A stretch of 64,000 nt of DNA from Arcobacteraceae bacterium (GTDB lineage: Bacteria > Campylobacterota > Campylobacteria > Campylobacterales > Arcobacteraceae): NCBI GenBank assembly GCA_048268245.1, contig JBLWVX010000003.1, positions 1 to 64,000 on the forward strand. Direction: 5' to 3'. The stretch's first letter is position 1. Every line of letters starts with the position of its first letter. The translations under genes were made by a program, and so were the position numbers. This document shows positions 29,437 through 39,910 of the stretch, one piece after another. The notes below the pieces were generated by a model that saw nothing but the letters and a program-made list of their open reading frames with translations, had not been told where the DNA came from and made no database searches.

Positions 29437-30633
29437 TTGAATGTATATATTTATGGCAATAGCGGATTTAAAAAAGAAATTCATGAGACTTTAGAACACG
29501 CTAATATTAAATTTAAACTTGATGCAAATAGCATCATAAAAGACATTAATAACTTAGAAGAATTAAAAACGATAATTAAAAATAACCCTAATGATATATA
29601 CTTAATTGATGATGAAAAAATCATCAAAAAAGATGCTTTCTCAAAAAAAATAAAATTTCTTACTCCAAAAGATGGGATTGAAGAAGAATTTCTTCTTGAC
29701 AATGGAATTGCTGATTTATCAGTAGATTCTTTAAAAGAAATCCCTAAATATATTATAGAAAAACACGAACAGCAAAAAAAAACTGAAACACAAGATATTC
29801 AAAGTTCGATTGCTGACATAGTAGATGATGCTTATAGTCAAGAAGAAGAAAATAATAAAGCTAATGAAGATGAAAAAGAAAATGATTCTAATAGTTTAGA
29901 TTTTTCAGATGATTTTGAATTAGATGCAGAGTTAGCTTCTTTACTTGAAAAAGGTGAAAGTTCATCTGTTGAAATAATAGAAGAAGCACCGCAAGATAAC
30001 AAAATTGAAGAAAAATTTGATTTTATTGATGACTCGGATAACCTTATGTCTGAAAAAGAATTAGAAAATTTGATGAATTTTGAAGATGATATGGGATTAA
30101 ATAATACTTCTTTTGATTATGATGAAAGTTCAAATAAACAAGAAGATGAACTAGAAAACTTTGAAAAAGAATTAAATAATGATGATAATGAAATAGATTC
30201 ACTAATTAATGATTTAGAAAATGATGATATAATAAATCAATTAGATAATGAATTGGATTTTGAACCAATAGAAGAGAATATTGAAGAAGACCATGAAGAT
30301 TTAGATGTCTTATTAAATGAAGATTACTTAACTAATAGTGAGTCTTTTGAGAAAGATATAGAAGAAACAATTCAAGGAGAGAAGATGAGTGATGAGTTTT
30401 CAGAATTAGATTCATTAAATGAAGATGATATTTTAAGTGCTATTGAAAATTTAAATGATGTGAAACCTATAAATACAAAGAGTTTAGAATCACAAATCCA
30501 ATCTTCTTCAAATAGTAATAAAAATGAACAAAGTATTGAAGTAAGTAGTTCTAGTGCACAAGATATTGCAGAGCTAATTACTAAACTTTTAAATAATAAA
30601 ACATTAGAGATTACAATTAAGATAAAAGATTAA
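29437..30633 (+). CDS. Highly acidic protein of unknown function heading the flagellar operon
   Basis: TTG start; folded-looking N-terminus, long D/E-rich low-complexity middle, short C-terminal LLNNKTLEITIKIKD. Confidence 0.75.
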   Translation: MNVYIYGNSGFKKEIHETLEHANIKFKLDANSIIKDINNLEELKTIIKNNPNDIYLIDDEKIIKKDAFSKKIKFLTPKDGIEEEFLLDNGIADLSVDSLKEIPKYIIEKHEQQKKTETQDIQSSIADIVDDAYSQEEENNKANEDEKENDSNSLDFSDDFELDAELASLLEKGESSSVEIIEEAPQDNKIEEKFDFIDDSDNLMSEKELENLMNFEDDMGLNNTSFDYDESSNKQEDELENFEKELNNDDNEIDSLINDLENDDIINQLDNELDFEPIEENIEEDHEDLDVLLNEDYLTNSESFEKDIEETIQGEKMSDEFSELDSLNEDDILSAIENLNDVKPINTKSLESQIQSSSNSNKNEQSIEVSSSSAQDIAELITKLLNNKTLEITIKIKD

Positions 30634-30635
30634 TA

Positions 30636-30896
30636 ATGGATTTAATGGCTATTGCAGAAAATACTGTAAAAATCATTCTTATTTTAGGAATGCCTTCATT
30701 AATTGTAAGTATGATTATTGGTTTAATAATTTCAGTATTTCAAGCAGTAACTCAAGTAAGTGATGCTTCTTTGTCTTTTGTACCTAAAATGATTTTTGTA
30801 TCTGCTTTTATATTAGTAACACTACCTTGGGTAGGTGATCATATCACTACTTATACAAAAGATCTTTGGGATTTAATGTTGATTTTTGGGAATTAG
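30636..30896 (+). CDS. fliQ: Flagellar export protein FliQ
   Basis: GLIISVFQAVTQV.D.SLSFVPK, LPW. Confidence 0.95.
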   Translation: MDLMAIAENTVKIILILGMPSLIVSMIIGLIISVFQAVTQVSDASLSFVPKMIFVSAFILVTLPWVGDHITTYTKDLWDLMLIFGN

Positions 30897-30899
30897 ATT

Positions 30900-31304
30900 A
30901 TGATTGAAAAACTATATAATTTAAAACAAACTCAAACAGATCAAAAGCTAATGGAAAAAGGTCAATTACAAGCAAAAATTGATACTTTAGAAGCAGAAAT
31001 TATGTTTACACAAAATAAAATTGACACTGCAACTTTACATAAATTTGGGTCAGTATCTGATTTTGCAGTTCTTGCAATGCATAAAAATACAATGAGACAG
31101 TATATTGCAAAACTTGAAGAAGAAAAAAAAGAAGTTGAAAAAGTAATGGAAGTAGTAATTGAAGAGGTAATTGAACTTCAAAAAGAGACAGAGCAATTTG
31201 CTTATATTTTAGAAGAAGAAAAAAGAGAAGCTTTGAAAAAGTTACTATTAGCTGAACAAGAAGCTTCTGAAGAATATATTCAAAGCAAATATATAAGCGG
31301 TTAA
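30900..31304 (+). CDS. Coiled-coil flagellar protein, FliJ-like
   Basis: 134-aa all-helical coiled coil in the flagellar operon; no diagnostic motif. Confidence 0.5.
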   Translation: MIEKLYNLKQTQTDQKLMEKGQLQAKIDTLEAEIMFTQNKIDTATLHKFGSVSDFAVLAMHKNTMRQYIAKLEEEKKEVEKVMEVVIEEVIELQKETEQFAYILEEEKREALKKLLLAEQEASEEYIQSKYISG

Positions 31305-31316
31305 AAAGGAGTATTT

Positions 31317-31811
31317 TTGATAAAAGTTTTACTGTTTATGGTTTTGTTACTTACTTTTTCTAATGCCCAACAATCTACTGATAGCAGTTCTCTTACAAAA
31401 CAAAAATTAGAGATAAAAGAGCTAAAAAAAGAATTAAACCTATTTTATAATCAAAAAGAAAAAGAGTATCAAGAAAGAAAAAAAGAACTAGAAACAATTT
31501 TAGCAAAAATTGAGTCAGAGAAAAAACAGATACAACAACTTTATAGCAAGAATGAGCAAGTTTTAAGAGATATTAATCAAACAGTTGAGAGTAAAACAAC
31601 TAAAATTTTTAATAAAATGAAACCAAAAGTAGCTTCAAAAATATTTGATGAAATGATTGCTGAGGGAAAACTTGAAGATGTTTTTGATATAATCATTAGA
31701 TTAAAAGAAAAAAATATCACACAACTATTTAAATCATTAAGTGTTCAAAATGCAGCACAATTAACTGAAATGTTAGAAAACTTTAATATAAAAGATGAAA
31801 AGGGAAAGTAA
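31317..31811 (+). CDS. MotE/FlbB-like periplasmic flagellar protein
   Basis: Signal peptide, coiled coil, KIFNKMKPKVASKIF motif typical of MotE-like proteins. Confidence 0.65.
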   Translation: MIKVLLFMVLLLTFSNAQQSTDSSSLTKQKLEIKELKKELNLFYNQKEKEYQERKKELETILAKIESEKKQIQQLYSKNEQVLRDINQTVESKTTKIFNKMKPKVASKIFDEMIAEGKLEDVFDIIIRLKEKNITQLFKSLSVQNAAQLTEMLENFNIKDEKGK

Positions 31812-32347
31812 TGGCAGAAGAAACAGAAGCACAAGCAAATAATTCAGGTGGTGGAAAAGGACTAATGATAGTTCTTATAGCACTTGTTGTTATTCTTATT
31901 CTTGCAGTAGCTGGTGGAGCTTATTTCTTATATTCACAAGGAGTACTTTCTCCAAAAGAAGGACAAACTCAGGAAGAAACAGTTAAAAAAGAAGAGGCAG
32001 CTGATTCAAAAGAGACATTTAAAGCAGAACTTAATGATTTAGTTTTAAATATCACTAATTCAAAAGGTAGAGAAAAACTTATGAAACTATCTTTTGCAAT
32101 AAAAAGTGTAGAGCCTACAATTGCTGCATTAGTAGAAAATTATAGAGCAGAAATCATTGATGTTGTTATTAGACAAATTAGTGCAAGAAGTTCTGAAGAG
32201 CTATTAACAGTTGGAGGAAAAGCTTTATTAAAAGAAGAATTAATTGAAGAGATAAATTCAGTGTTAAATGAAGCAACATCTTCAAATGAAAATATTAAAG
32301 CTAATCATATTAAACAAATACTTTTTACTACTTTTGTAATAAAATAA
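31811..32347 (+). CDS. fliL: Flagellar basal body-associated protein FliL
   Basis: N-terminal TM, LVLNI, I.D.VI..IS, GK..LKEEL, ILFTTFVIK end. Confidence 0.9.
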   Translation: MAEETEAQANNSGGGKGLMIVLIALVVILILAVAGGAYFLYSQGVLSPKEGQTQEETVKKEEAADSKETFKAELNDLVLNITNSKGREKLMKLSFAIKSVEPTIAALVENYRAEIIDVVIRQISARSSEELLTVGGKALLKEELIEEINSVLNEATSSNENIKANHIKQILFTTFVIK

Positions 32348-32357
32348 GAAGTTAAAA

Positions 32358-32783
32358 ATGATAGTTGCTGTAAAAAGAAATAGAAAACAAAAACTTATAA
32401 AGTTTTTGTCGCTTATTGTTGTAATTCTGATGTTTGCAGGTTATTATTGGCATATGAGTAATGAAATGCAAAAGCAACAAGAAGCTGAAATAAAAGCTAA
32501 ACAAGCAGCACTTCAAGAACAAAAAGAAAAAGATGACGAGAAGAAAAAAGTTGAAGGTATTATTGTAAATGAAGTTCAAAAGGCTGTTGAACTAATAGGT
32601 CAAGAAAATGTAAGACATGTTAAAATCATCGAAAATAGATTGATTTTAATTTGTGAATTAAATACTAATCTTGAACCTTTGATGGTAAGATATGGAACAA
32701 TGGCATTAGTTAAAAATACTTTGAATGAAATAATCATTGCTATTGATGTTCAATATATTTTAAAAAGTAGGTTGAATGTATAA
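32358..32783 (+). CDS. Hypothetical single-TM protein in the flagellar operon
   Basis: Basic N-terminus, TM, coiled coil, small alpha/beta domain; overlaps flgH start. Confidence 0.7.
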   Translation: MIVAVKRNRKQKLIKFLSLIVVILMFAGYYWHMSNEMQKQQEAEIKAKQAALQEQKEKDDEKKKVEGIIVNEVQKAVELIGQENVRHVKIIENRLILICELNTNLEPLMVRYGTMALVKNTLNEIIIAIDVQYILKSRLNV

Positions 32784-33471
32784 ATATATTAGTCCTTTTA
32801 TTGCAGTAGTTTTTTTTACTGCTTGTGCTTCTAATGAACCACAAATAAAGTTTGAGGAACCAAAAGTTCAAATACCAAAGCCTCAACCAAGCCCTAAAAA
32901 AAATAAAGGTTCACTATACTCTATGGAAGGTGCTTCTTTATTTGCTGATAAAAAAGACCTTCAAGTTGGAGATATTATTCAAGTGAATATTGATGAGAAT
33001 TTAACATCTAATACAAATAATAAAAGAGAACTTTCAAATGATAGAAATAGTAGTTTAGGTGGAGGTGTCTTAGCTGGTGCTGGTTTAGGTAGTACAGCCT
33101 CTAAAATTACAGATAAATTTAATAGAAACCTTGGAGTTGATTTTTCAACGCAAAGTACAAACTCTGACTCAGGAGAAGTAAAAACTAGTTTTGCTGAGAG
33201 TTTTTCTACATCAATTTCTGCAATAATTCAACAAACATATCAAAATGGTAACTACTATATTAAGGGTTCAAAAGAGTTATTGATCGATGGACAAAAACAA
33301 GTTATAATAGTTACAGGTGTGATAAGACCATATGATATTAGTTCAGAAAACTCAATTAGCTCAAATCAAATAGCTAATTTAAAACTTATGTATGATAAAG
33401 AAGGTACAGAAGCTGATATTATGGAGACTCCATGGGGAGTAAAACTCATGAGAGCTATATGGCCTTTTTAA
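32776..33471 (+). CDS. flgH: Flagellar L-ring protein FlgH
   Basis: Lipobox FTAC, GSLY, LFADKK..VGDII, NGNY.I.G.K, GVIRPYDI. Confidence 0.95.
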   Translation: MYKYISPFIAVVFFTACASNEPQIKFEEPKVQIPKPQPSPKKNKGSLYSMEGASLFADKKDLQVGDIIQVNIDENLTSNTNNKRELSNDRNSSLGGGVLAGAGLGSTASKITDKFNRNLGVDFSTQSTNSDSGEVKTSFAESFSTSISAIIQQTYQNGNYYIKGSKELLIDGQKQVIIVTGVIRPYDISSENSISSNQIANLKLMYDKEGTEADIMETPWGVKLMRAIWPF

Positions 33472-33527
33472 TCTAACTTTAAGAAATGTAATGCAATAAT
33501 TAGACAATACACTAAAAAGGAGTCTCT

Positions 33528-35438
33528 ATGCTTAATACATTAAACGTTTCACAAACTGGTTTAACAGCTGCAAAAATAGCAGTTGAGAATGTTTCTAATA
33601 ATATAGCTAATGAGAATACTCCTGGTTATAAAAAAAGAGTTGTTGATATAAAAGAGCTTGAGCAAACTGACACTAGATTTACAGGTCGTGGTGTTGGTGC
33701 TGATAATGCATATAGGGTTACAAACCAGTATATGTTTGACAGACTTATGACTGAAAATACTAGAGAACAAGGTTATACAAAACTTTCAAGTATTTTAGGA
33801 AGTGTTGAAACAGCTTTTAAAGAGACTGATACAAGTGGTTTTTCTTCAGATTTAAATAGATATTTCCAAGCAGTTGAAAATTTAAGGTCAAATCCAAATT
33901 CAGAAGTATATAAAAATGGACTTATAAATGAAGGTAAACTTTTAGTTGAGTCTTTACAAAATTTATATAGAGGAATTGAAAGAGCACAAGAGTTAGAAGA
34001 ACAAGAGTTAGGTTCTAATGTAGATAAAGTAAATGACATTCTTAGTGAAATAGGTCAAATCAATGAAAAATTAGGAAAGCAATCAGAATCTACAAATGAC
34101 TTACTTGATAGAAGAGATTACTTAGAAGAACAACTATCTGCATATGTAGATATAGATGTAGACAGATCATACGGTGAATATGAATTAAAAATTGCTGGTA
34201 ATGTAGCCGTAAGATATAACACAAATGTAAGAGATGTTAGCGTACAAGAAGAACATACAGCTCAAATAGATAGATTTGCAGATAATGCAGGTACGGGAAG
34301 TAGTCTTACTTTTATTGATAATACGACAGGTGCAGTAACTAATACCCCTGAAATAGGTGATAAAATCACTTATAAGCTTAACAACGATCAAGAAGTGACT
34401 ATTACAGTAGGTAGCTCACAATATACTGATAAAGATGGAAATGCAGTTGATATTGACTTTGATGAAGATGGTATACCAGATGTTGTAGATGCAAGTAATT
34501 ATGTAAGAGCATTAGCTTATGCAATAAATGATAATCCAAGTACAAAAGGATTAATTACAGCATACAATGGTAACTATAGAGTTGATGAAGATGGGAATAA
34601 GATTGATATTGATGGAGAAGATAAATTTCTACTTATAGAATCAGATAGTCCAGGTGTAAATGGAAAATTTGAAGGAAGAATTACAATTACTGAAAGTAAT
34701 GATATAGATGGTGATGGTAATCTTGATGAAGTTAGAAATAGTTTTTACAAAGATGAATTACAAAGTAAAGATGCTGTAAGTAGAACTTACATAGCAATTT
34801 ATGATAAAGAAGTTGATTTAAAATCTGGTGTTTTAAAAGTTCAAACGGATAGTATTAGTTCGGATTCACCAAATAATAAACTTGAAATTTATAAAGATAA
34901 ACTTGATAAGTTTGCAAAAGTTTTAGCAGATGTTACTGATAAATATATAAGAACAGGTGTTGATGAGTATAAATTTGGTGAAAAAGCAATTGATGAACTT
35001 GATAGTACAGTTGGTGATACTGTTAAACTTGGATTGTTTTCAGGAACTAGTGTAAGTACTTTAAAATTTAATGAAACAGCAATTAATGATTTAGACCAAA
35101 AAGATTTAGATTATTTAGCAGAACTACAATGGAAAAAAGATTTATCTTTTACAGATGGAGCACAAGATCCAACAGATAATGATAGAACATCTTTTTCAGA
35201 GTTTTTTCAAGAAATTAGAGCAATTGTTTCAGAAGATAAAGAAAGTACAGATTTTGTTTTAGATACTCAAAAAGATATAAAAGCAGCTTTAACATCTTCA
35301 TATAATGAACTTGTAAAAGTTGATAAAGACGAAGAAATGCTTAATTTAGTTAAGTTTCAAGCAGCATATTCAGCAAATGCTAAAATTGTAACTGTAATTG
35401 ATGAAATGCTACAGACTTTATTAGGTCTTAAAAGATAA
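33528..35438 (+). CDS. flgK: Flagellar hook-associated protein FlgK
   Basis: SNNIANENTPGY, G.GV, NDLLDRRD, VDKDEEMLNLVKFQAAYSANAK. Confidence 0.95.
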   Translation: MLNTLNVSQTGLTAAKIAVENVSNNIANENTPGYKKRVVDIKELEQTDTRFTGRGVGADNAYRVTNQYMFDRLMTENTREQGYTKLSSILGSVETAFKETDTSGFSSDLNRYFQAVENLRSNPNSEVYKNGLINEGKLLVESLQNLYRGIERAQELEEQELGSNVDKVNDILSEIGQINEKLGKQSESTNDLLDRRDYLEEQLSAYVDIDVDRSYGEYELKIAGNVAVRYNTNVRDVSVQEEHTAQIDRFADNAGTGSSLTFIDNTTGAVTNTPEIGDKITYKLNNDQEVTITVGSSQYTDKDGNAVDIDFDEDGIPDVVDASNYVRALAYAINDNPSTKGLITAYNGNYRVDEDGNKIDIDGEDKFLLIESDSPGVNGKFEGRITITESNDIDGDGNLDEVRNSFYKDELQSKDAVSRTYIAIYDKEVDLKSGVLKVQTDSISSDSPNNKLEIYKDKLDKFAKVLADVTDKYIRTGVDEYKFGEKAIDELDSTVGDTVKLGLFSGTSVSTLKFNETAINDLDQKDLDYLAELQWKKDLSFTDGAQDPTDNDRTSFSEFFQEIRAIVSEDKESTDFVLDTQKDIKAALTSSYNELVKVDKDEEMLNLVKFQAAYSANAKIVTVIDEMLQTLLGLKR

Positions 35439-35451
35439 TAAGGAGTAAATT

Positions 35452-36810
35452 ATGGCTGAAGGAATTTTAGGACTAGGAACAGGACAATCTACTGCTTTAA
35501 ATCAAGAGTTAATTGAAAAATTAAAAGCAGCAGAAAGAAGAGCATTAGTTGAGCCTTTAGAAACAAGTTTAGAAGATATAGTAAAAGAAAAAGAGACTTT
35601 TGCTACAATTGATGCAAAAGTAAATGAATTACTTGAAACTATAAAACCTTTTGACCTTTTTGTTACAAGTGGATCAAATGCTTTTGAAGAAAAATCTGCT
35701 ACAACATCAGGAGATTCTGTTGTTTTTAATGCAACTGATTCAAAAAATGTAAATGTTGGTATTACAACAGTAGATGTAAAAGGTTTAGCACAAAAAGATG
35801 TATATCAATCAGACGCTATTAATACAGCTACTAAAGATGCTTTAGGTGATATTGGAGTTTTAACTATTGATGTTGATGGAACAACACACAACTTTGATAC
35901 ATCAACTTATAGAACATATGATGAGTTAGCAACAGCAATAAATGACACAATAGGTATTAACGCTTCTCTAGAACAAGTAGGTGATGATTCATATAGATTA
36001 GTTTTAAAAAGTGAGAGTTCTGGACTTGCAAATGCTCTAACAATTTCTGGTACAGCTAGTCAAGCTTTAGGTTATACAACTGATGGTACAACTATAAATG
36101 CAACAAATCATACACTAATAGCTCAGGATATGAGTTTAGAAGTAGATGGTGTTGCTTATACTTCTGCTGAAAATAAGATTACAGTTGATGGTTTAGATAT
36201 AACTGCAACAAAACTAGGTGTTTCTTCTATTAATGTAACAAAAGATACTTCTTTTATCGAAACACAAATTACAGATTTTATTACAAAATATAATGAACTT
36301 GTAGATTTAGTTGGTACGGAAATAGATAGTGCAGATAGTGCTATTGCTGATAAATCATCATTAAGAACAATGCTTTCTCAAATAAAAGAAAAATTCTTTG
36401 GTGAATACGGTGAGAATTCAGATAAGTCTTTATTTAATTATGGATTTGAGTTAGATAAATCAGGTAAAATATCTTTAGATTTAGTTGCTTTTAATGAAGT
36501 ATTAACTGATAATCCAGATGAACTTAAAGATATATTTGTAGGTACTGCTGCCAAAGAAGGTTTTGGTACACAGTTAAAAGCTACTTTAGATGAATTAAAC
36601 TTTACAGGTGGTTTATTAGATATTTATGAAAAAGGTATAGACTCAAGAGAAAAAACTCTTGAAAAAGAAAAAGAAAAAGCTGTAGAAAAACTAGATGACA
36701 AATATAGTCAGCTAGCAAATCAATTTGCAGCTTATACAGCACTTATTACTCAATTTGAATCGTCTTTCTCAGGTCTAAAAATGATGATTCAACAATCTAC
36801 ATCAAGTTAA
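35452..36810 (+). CDS. fliD: Flagellar filament cap FliD
   Basis: ILGLGTG..LIEKLKAAE, LAQKD, FITKYNEL, C-terminal Y..L..QFAAY. Confidence 0.92.
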   Translation: MAEGILGLGTGQSTALNQELIEKLKAAERRALVEPLETSLEDIVKEKETFATIDAKVNELLETIKPFDLFVTSGSNAFEEKSATTSGDSVVFNATDSKNVNVGITTVDVKGLAQKDVYQSDAINTATKDALGDIGVLTIDVDGTTHNFDTSTYRTYDELATAINDTIGINASLEQVGDDSYRLVLKSESSGLANALTISGTASQALGYTTDGTTINATNHTLIAQDMSLEVDGVAYTSAENKITVDGLDITATKLGVSSINVTKDTSFIETQITDFITKYNELVDLVGTEIDSADSAIADKSSLRTMLSQIKEKFFGEYGENSDKSLFNYGFELDKSGKISLDLVAFNEVLTDNPDELKDIFVGTAAKEGFGTQLKATLDELNFTGGLLDIYEKGIDSREKTLEKEKEKAVEKLDDKYSQLANQFAAYTALITQFESSFSGLKMMIQQSTSS

Positions 36811-36899
36811 TAAAAAGAGAAAATTATTTTTTCTCTTTTTGTTTAAAATTAAGCAAATATATAATATACTTATTACTAGATGAATAACGGAGATACTTT

Positions 36900-37256
36900 A
36901 TGGGATTAGATGTATATAATCAACAAAATGCAGTTTCAGATGACCCTTATGTACTGATACTTAAATTATACGAAGGTATTATTAAATATCTTTCATTTGT
37001 TAAAAATGCAATGGAAGAGGGCGATATTGAAGCAAAGTTTACTTATATAAACAAAACAATTGCTATTTTTGATGAGTTAAGAAATGTACTAGACTTTGAT
37101 GGTGGTGATGTTGCTTATTATTTAGATGGATTATATTTATATCAAATAGAGACACTTTTTTCTGCTGGTATTGACGATAATATAAATGCTGTAAATCAAG
37201 TAATGAAAGTAGCACAAGGGTTAATAGAAGCATGGAAAGAAGAGACAGGTCAATAA
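36900..37256 (+). CDS. fliS: Flagellin chaperone FliS
   Basis: Y.QQN, LILKLYEG, I..EL..LD..GG.VA..L..LY.Y, L.EAW. Confidence 0.92.
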   Translation: MGLDVYNQQNAVSDDPYVLILKLYEGIIKYLSFVKNAMEEGDIEAKFTYINKTIAIFDELRNVLDFDGGDVAYYLDGLYLYQIETLFSAGIDDNINAVNQVMKVAQGLIEAWKEETGQ

Positions 37257-37501
37257 AGGCCTTAGAAGAACTAATTAGGATTGATTCCCTAGACTCTTAT
37301 GAAAAAGCTGATGCTCTTGTATCTTGGTATGAAGAGTATATAGGTCAAAATAGCGTAGAAGATTTTGACTTAAAGCTTGAAGAGCTTAAACAAATGGAAG
37401 AACTTTTTTTTAAAAGTATTAACTTCCTAAAAAATCAAAAAGTACAAGCAAAAGATGATTTAAATGAAACTAGAAAGATGAGAAAGTTTTTAAATAACTA
37501 A
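37232..37501 (+). CDS. Small helical hypothetical protein after fliS (FliT position)
   Basis: 89-aa helical ORF overlapping the fliS end; function from position only. Confidence 0.6.
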   Translation: MERRDRSIKALEELIRIDSLDSYEKADALVSWYEEYIGQNSVEDFDLKLEELKQMEELFFKSINFLKNQKVQAKDDLNETRKMRKFLNN

Positions 37502-38467
37502 TCCATTTAAGTCTATGTTTTTTTCATATAAATAAAATCTTATATTTTTAGGTATTTTTTTTACTCTACATTTTTCTTTAAATTTTTTATCCATTATTAT
37601 TTTCGAATTTGGACAGATGAAAATATATTTATCTGTAATACTTACTGCAATTTTATGTGAAACTATAATTTCTTTTTGTTTTAAAATCTCTTTTCTTGAT
37701 GCTTTTGAAAGAATAAAGCCTCTTCTTTTTAAACTTTTGTCAATAACTCTAATATTTAAATTGTCATCATTTAAATTTTTATAGATTTCAAGCTCATCAA
37801 TTTTTTGTAAATGTTTATTATTTATGCATAAAGAGTTAATATCTTCTTGCAGATATTCAAAAGAGTTTATAACTCCATCTTTAAACTCATTTACAAATTT
37901 ATCACTAAAATTATGTCTAAAATAGTTTCTTTTATATTTTATATCAATATTTGTTTCATCTATAAAGTATTTTAGTTTATTTGTTTTTAGGTAATTTTCA
38001 AGCTCATCTTTTGTGATATTTAAAAGGGGTTTAAAAATTTTATAAACCTCTTTTTCTTCCCAAGTATTAAATCCTATTAGTTCACTTAATCCTGCACCTT
38101 TTGAAAACTGCATCAAAAACCATTCTAACTTGTCATTTAATTGATGAGCTGTAATTAAAGTAGTATAATTATGCTCTTTGATAAGTTCTTCAAAAAAATT
38201 ATATCTAATATCTCTTGCTTTTTTCTCAAAGTTTGAGCCACTTAAAATTACTTCTTTTATGTAAATCTTCTTATTATATTTTTTCGCAAGATCTTTTGCA
38301 TAAGCTACTTCTTCTTTTGATTGCTCTCTTAAATTATAATCAACAATGGCAATGTCAAAAGGAATATTTTCTTCAACTAAAAGAAAGAATAGTGCAGAAG
38401 AGTCTATACCTGCTGAGAAAGCAAGTAGATTTTTTGACTCTTTTATTGCACTAAAGTTTAAGTTCAT
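37490..38467 (-). CDS. tilS: tRNA(Ile)-lysidine synthetase
   Basis: AFSAGIDS PP-loop, ARDIRY, TAHQLND, DETN..Y.RN.FR. Confidence 0.95.
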   Translation of the reverse strand: MNLNFSAIKESKNLLAFSAGIDSSALFFLLVEENIPFDIAIVDYNLREQSKEEVAYAKDLAKKYNKKIYIKEVILSGSNFEKKARDIRYNFFEELIKEHNYTTLITAHQLNDKLEWFLMQFSKGAGLSELIGFNTWEEKEVYKIFKPLLNITKDELENYLKTNKLKYFIDETNIDIKYKRNYFRHNFSDKFVNEFKDGVINSFEYLQEDINSLCINNKHLQKIDELEIYKNLNDDNLNIRVIDKSLKRRGFILSKASRKEILKQKEIIVSHKIAVSITDKYIFICPNSKIIMDKKFKEKCRVKKIPKNIRFYLYEKNIDLNGLVI

Positions 38468-38468
38468 G

Positions 38469-39821
38469 TTATTTAATAACAGTTGCTAGTAGTTTATCAC
38501 CTACAAGTTCAGTGATTTTTACAGTATAGATTTTTCCAAATTCTAACTGTTTCGCTTCACCTTTTTCATCTGTTAGTTCATTATCATTGATGTAAATCTC
38601 TCCATCAATATCAGGAGCCCAAATAGTTTTTCTTGCACTTAATAAGTATTCGTGTTCATCACTCTCACCATCCACATATACTTCAAAAGTTTGACCTACT
38701 TCTTTTTCAAGAGATTCTTGAGTAGTTTGGGCAATAATTTCACCTAAAATATCCGCTCTTTCATCTATGATTTCTTGCTCAACTTTTGCATCTGATTTTG
38801 AAGCTGTAGTACCTTCTTCATCAGAGTAAGAAAATACATTTGCTCTATCAAATTTATACTCTTCGATATATTTTGCTAAGGCTTCAAAATCTTCTTGTGT
38901 CTCACCTGGATGACCTGCAATAAATGTAGTTCTTATAAAAGAGTTTGGTTTTGATTTCATATGATCCATAAGTTCAATAAGTTTTTCAACACCTTTTCCT
39001 CTTTTCATGGTTTTTAACATTGAAGGAGTGATATGTTGAAGTGGCATATCAAAGTAGTTTACAAATACTTTTGAATCTGCAATTTTATCAATAAGTGATA
39101 AAGTTGTAGTTGATGGGTAAAGGTATAAAATTCTAGCAGTTTTTACACCTTCTATTTTTTCAACAGTTGAAATAAGTTGTTCTAAACCATCTTTTTCTCC
39201 TAAATCTCTTAAAAATGAAGAAGAGTCTTGAGATACAAAAGAAAAATCTGTAAAACCTTTTGAAACAAGGGATTTTACTTCTTTTTCTAGTGATATTAAA
39301 GTTCTTGAGTGGAGTTTCCCTTTGAAGCTAGGAATAGCACAGAATGAACAAACTTGATTACATCCTTCACTTAGTTTTACATAAGCGTGGTAGTTTGAAC
39401 CAGTGATTACTCTATCATTAGTTTCACTTGCTAAAAATACATCATTTGTAAAGTTTGATCTTTTAGCATTTACAAGTTCATCAATTCTATCGTAGTCACC
39501 AACCCCTGTAAATACATCAATTTCAGGTAGTTCTTTTTGTAATTCTTCTTTATATCTTTCACTTAAGCAACCAGCCATTACCAATACTGATTCTTCTTTT
39601 CTTTCATCATGTAAATTTAAAATAGTATTGATACTCTCTTCTTTTGCAGAGTCAATAAAACCACATGTATTTACAATAATAACATCTGCATTTGAAGAGT
39701 CATTTGTAAGTGTATAATCTTTTAGTTTTCCAAGCATTACTTCTGAATCAACAAGATTTTTTGTACAGCCAAGTGATACAAGATGTAATGATTTATCGGG
39801 ATTTTGAGTTGTAAATTTCAT
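38469..39821 (-). CDS. rimO: Ribosomal protein S12 methylthiotransferase
   Basis: SLGCTKNLVDSE, NTCGFI, CNQVCSFC radical SAM, YLYP, APDIDG. Confidence 0.96.
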   Translation of the reverse strand: MKFTTQNPDKSLHLVSLGCTKNLVDSEVMLGKLKDYTLTNDSSNADVIIVNTCGFIDSAKEESINTILNLHDERKEESVLVMAGCLSERYKEELQKELPEIDVFTGVGDYDRIDELVNAKRSNFTNDVFLASETNDRVITGSNYHAYVKLSEGCNQVCSFCAIPSFKGKLHSRTLISLEKEVKSLVSKGFTDFSFVSQDSSSFLRDLGEKDGLEQLISTVEKIEGVKTARILYLYPSTTTLSLIDKIADSKVFVNYFDMPLQHITPSMLKTMKRGKGVEKLIELMDHMKSKPNSFIRTTFIAGHPGETQEDFEALAKYIEEYKFDRANVFSYSDEEGTTASKSDAKVEQEIIDERADILGEIIAQTTQESLEKEVGQTFEVYVDGESDEHEYLLSARKTIWAPDIDGEIYINDNELTDEKGEAKQLEFGKIYTVKITELVGDKLLATVIK

Positions 39822-39910
39822 TTATTACCTATTACTTTTTTCGCAATTTTATCATAAATTTAGTAAAAGTTTAAATTTAAATAAAATATAGAAAAAAGTA
39901 AAAGATATTT

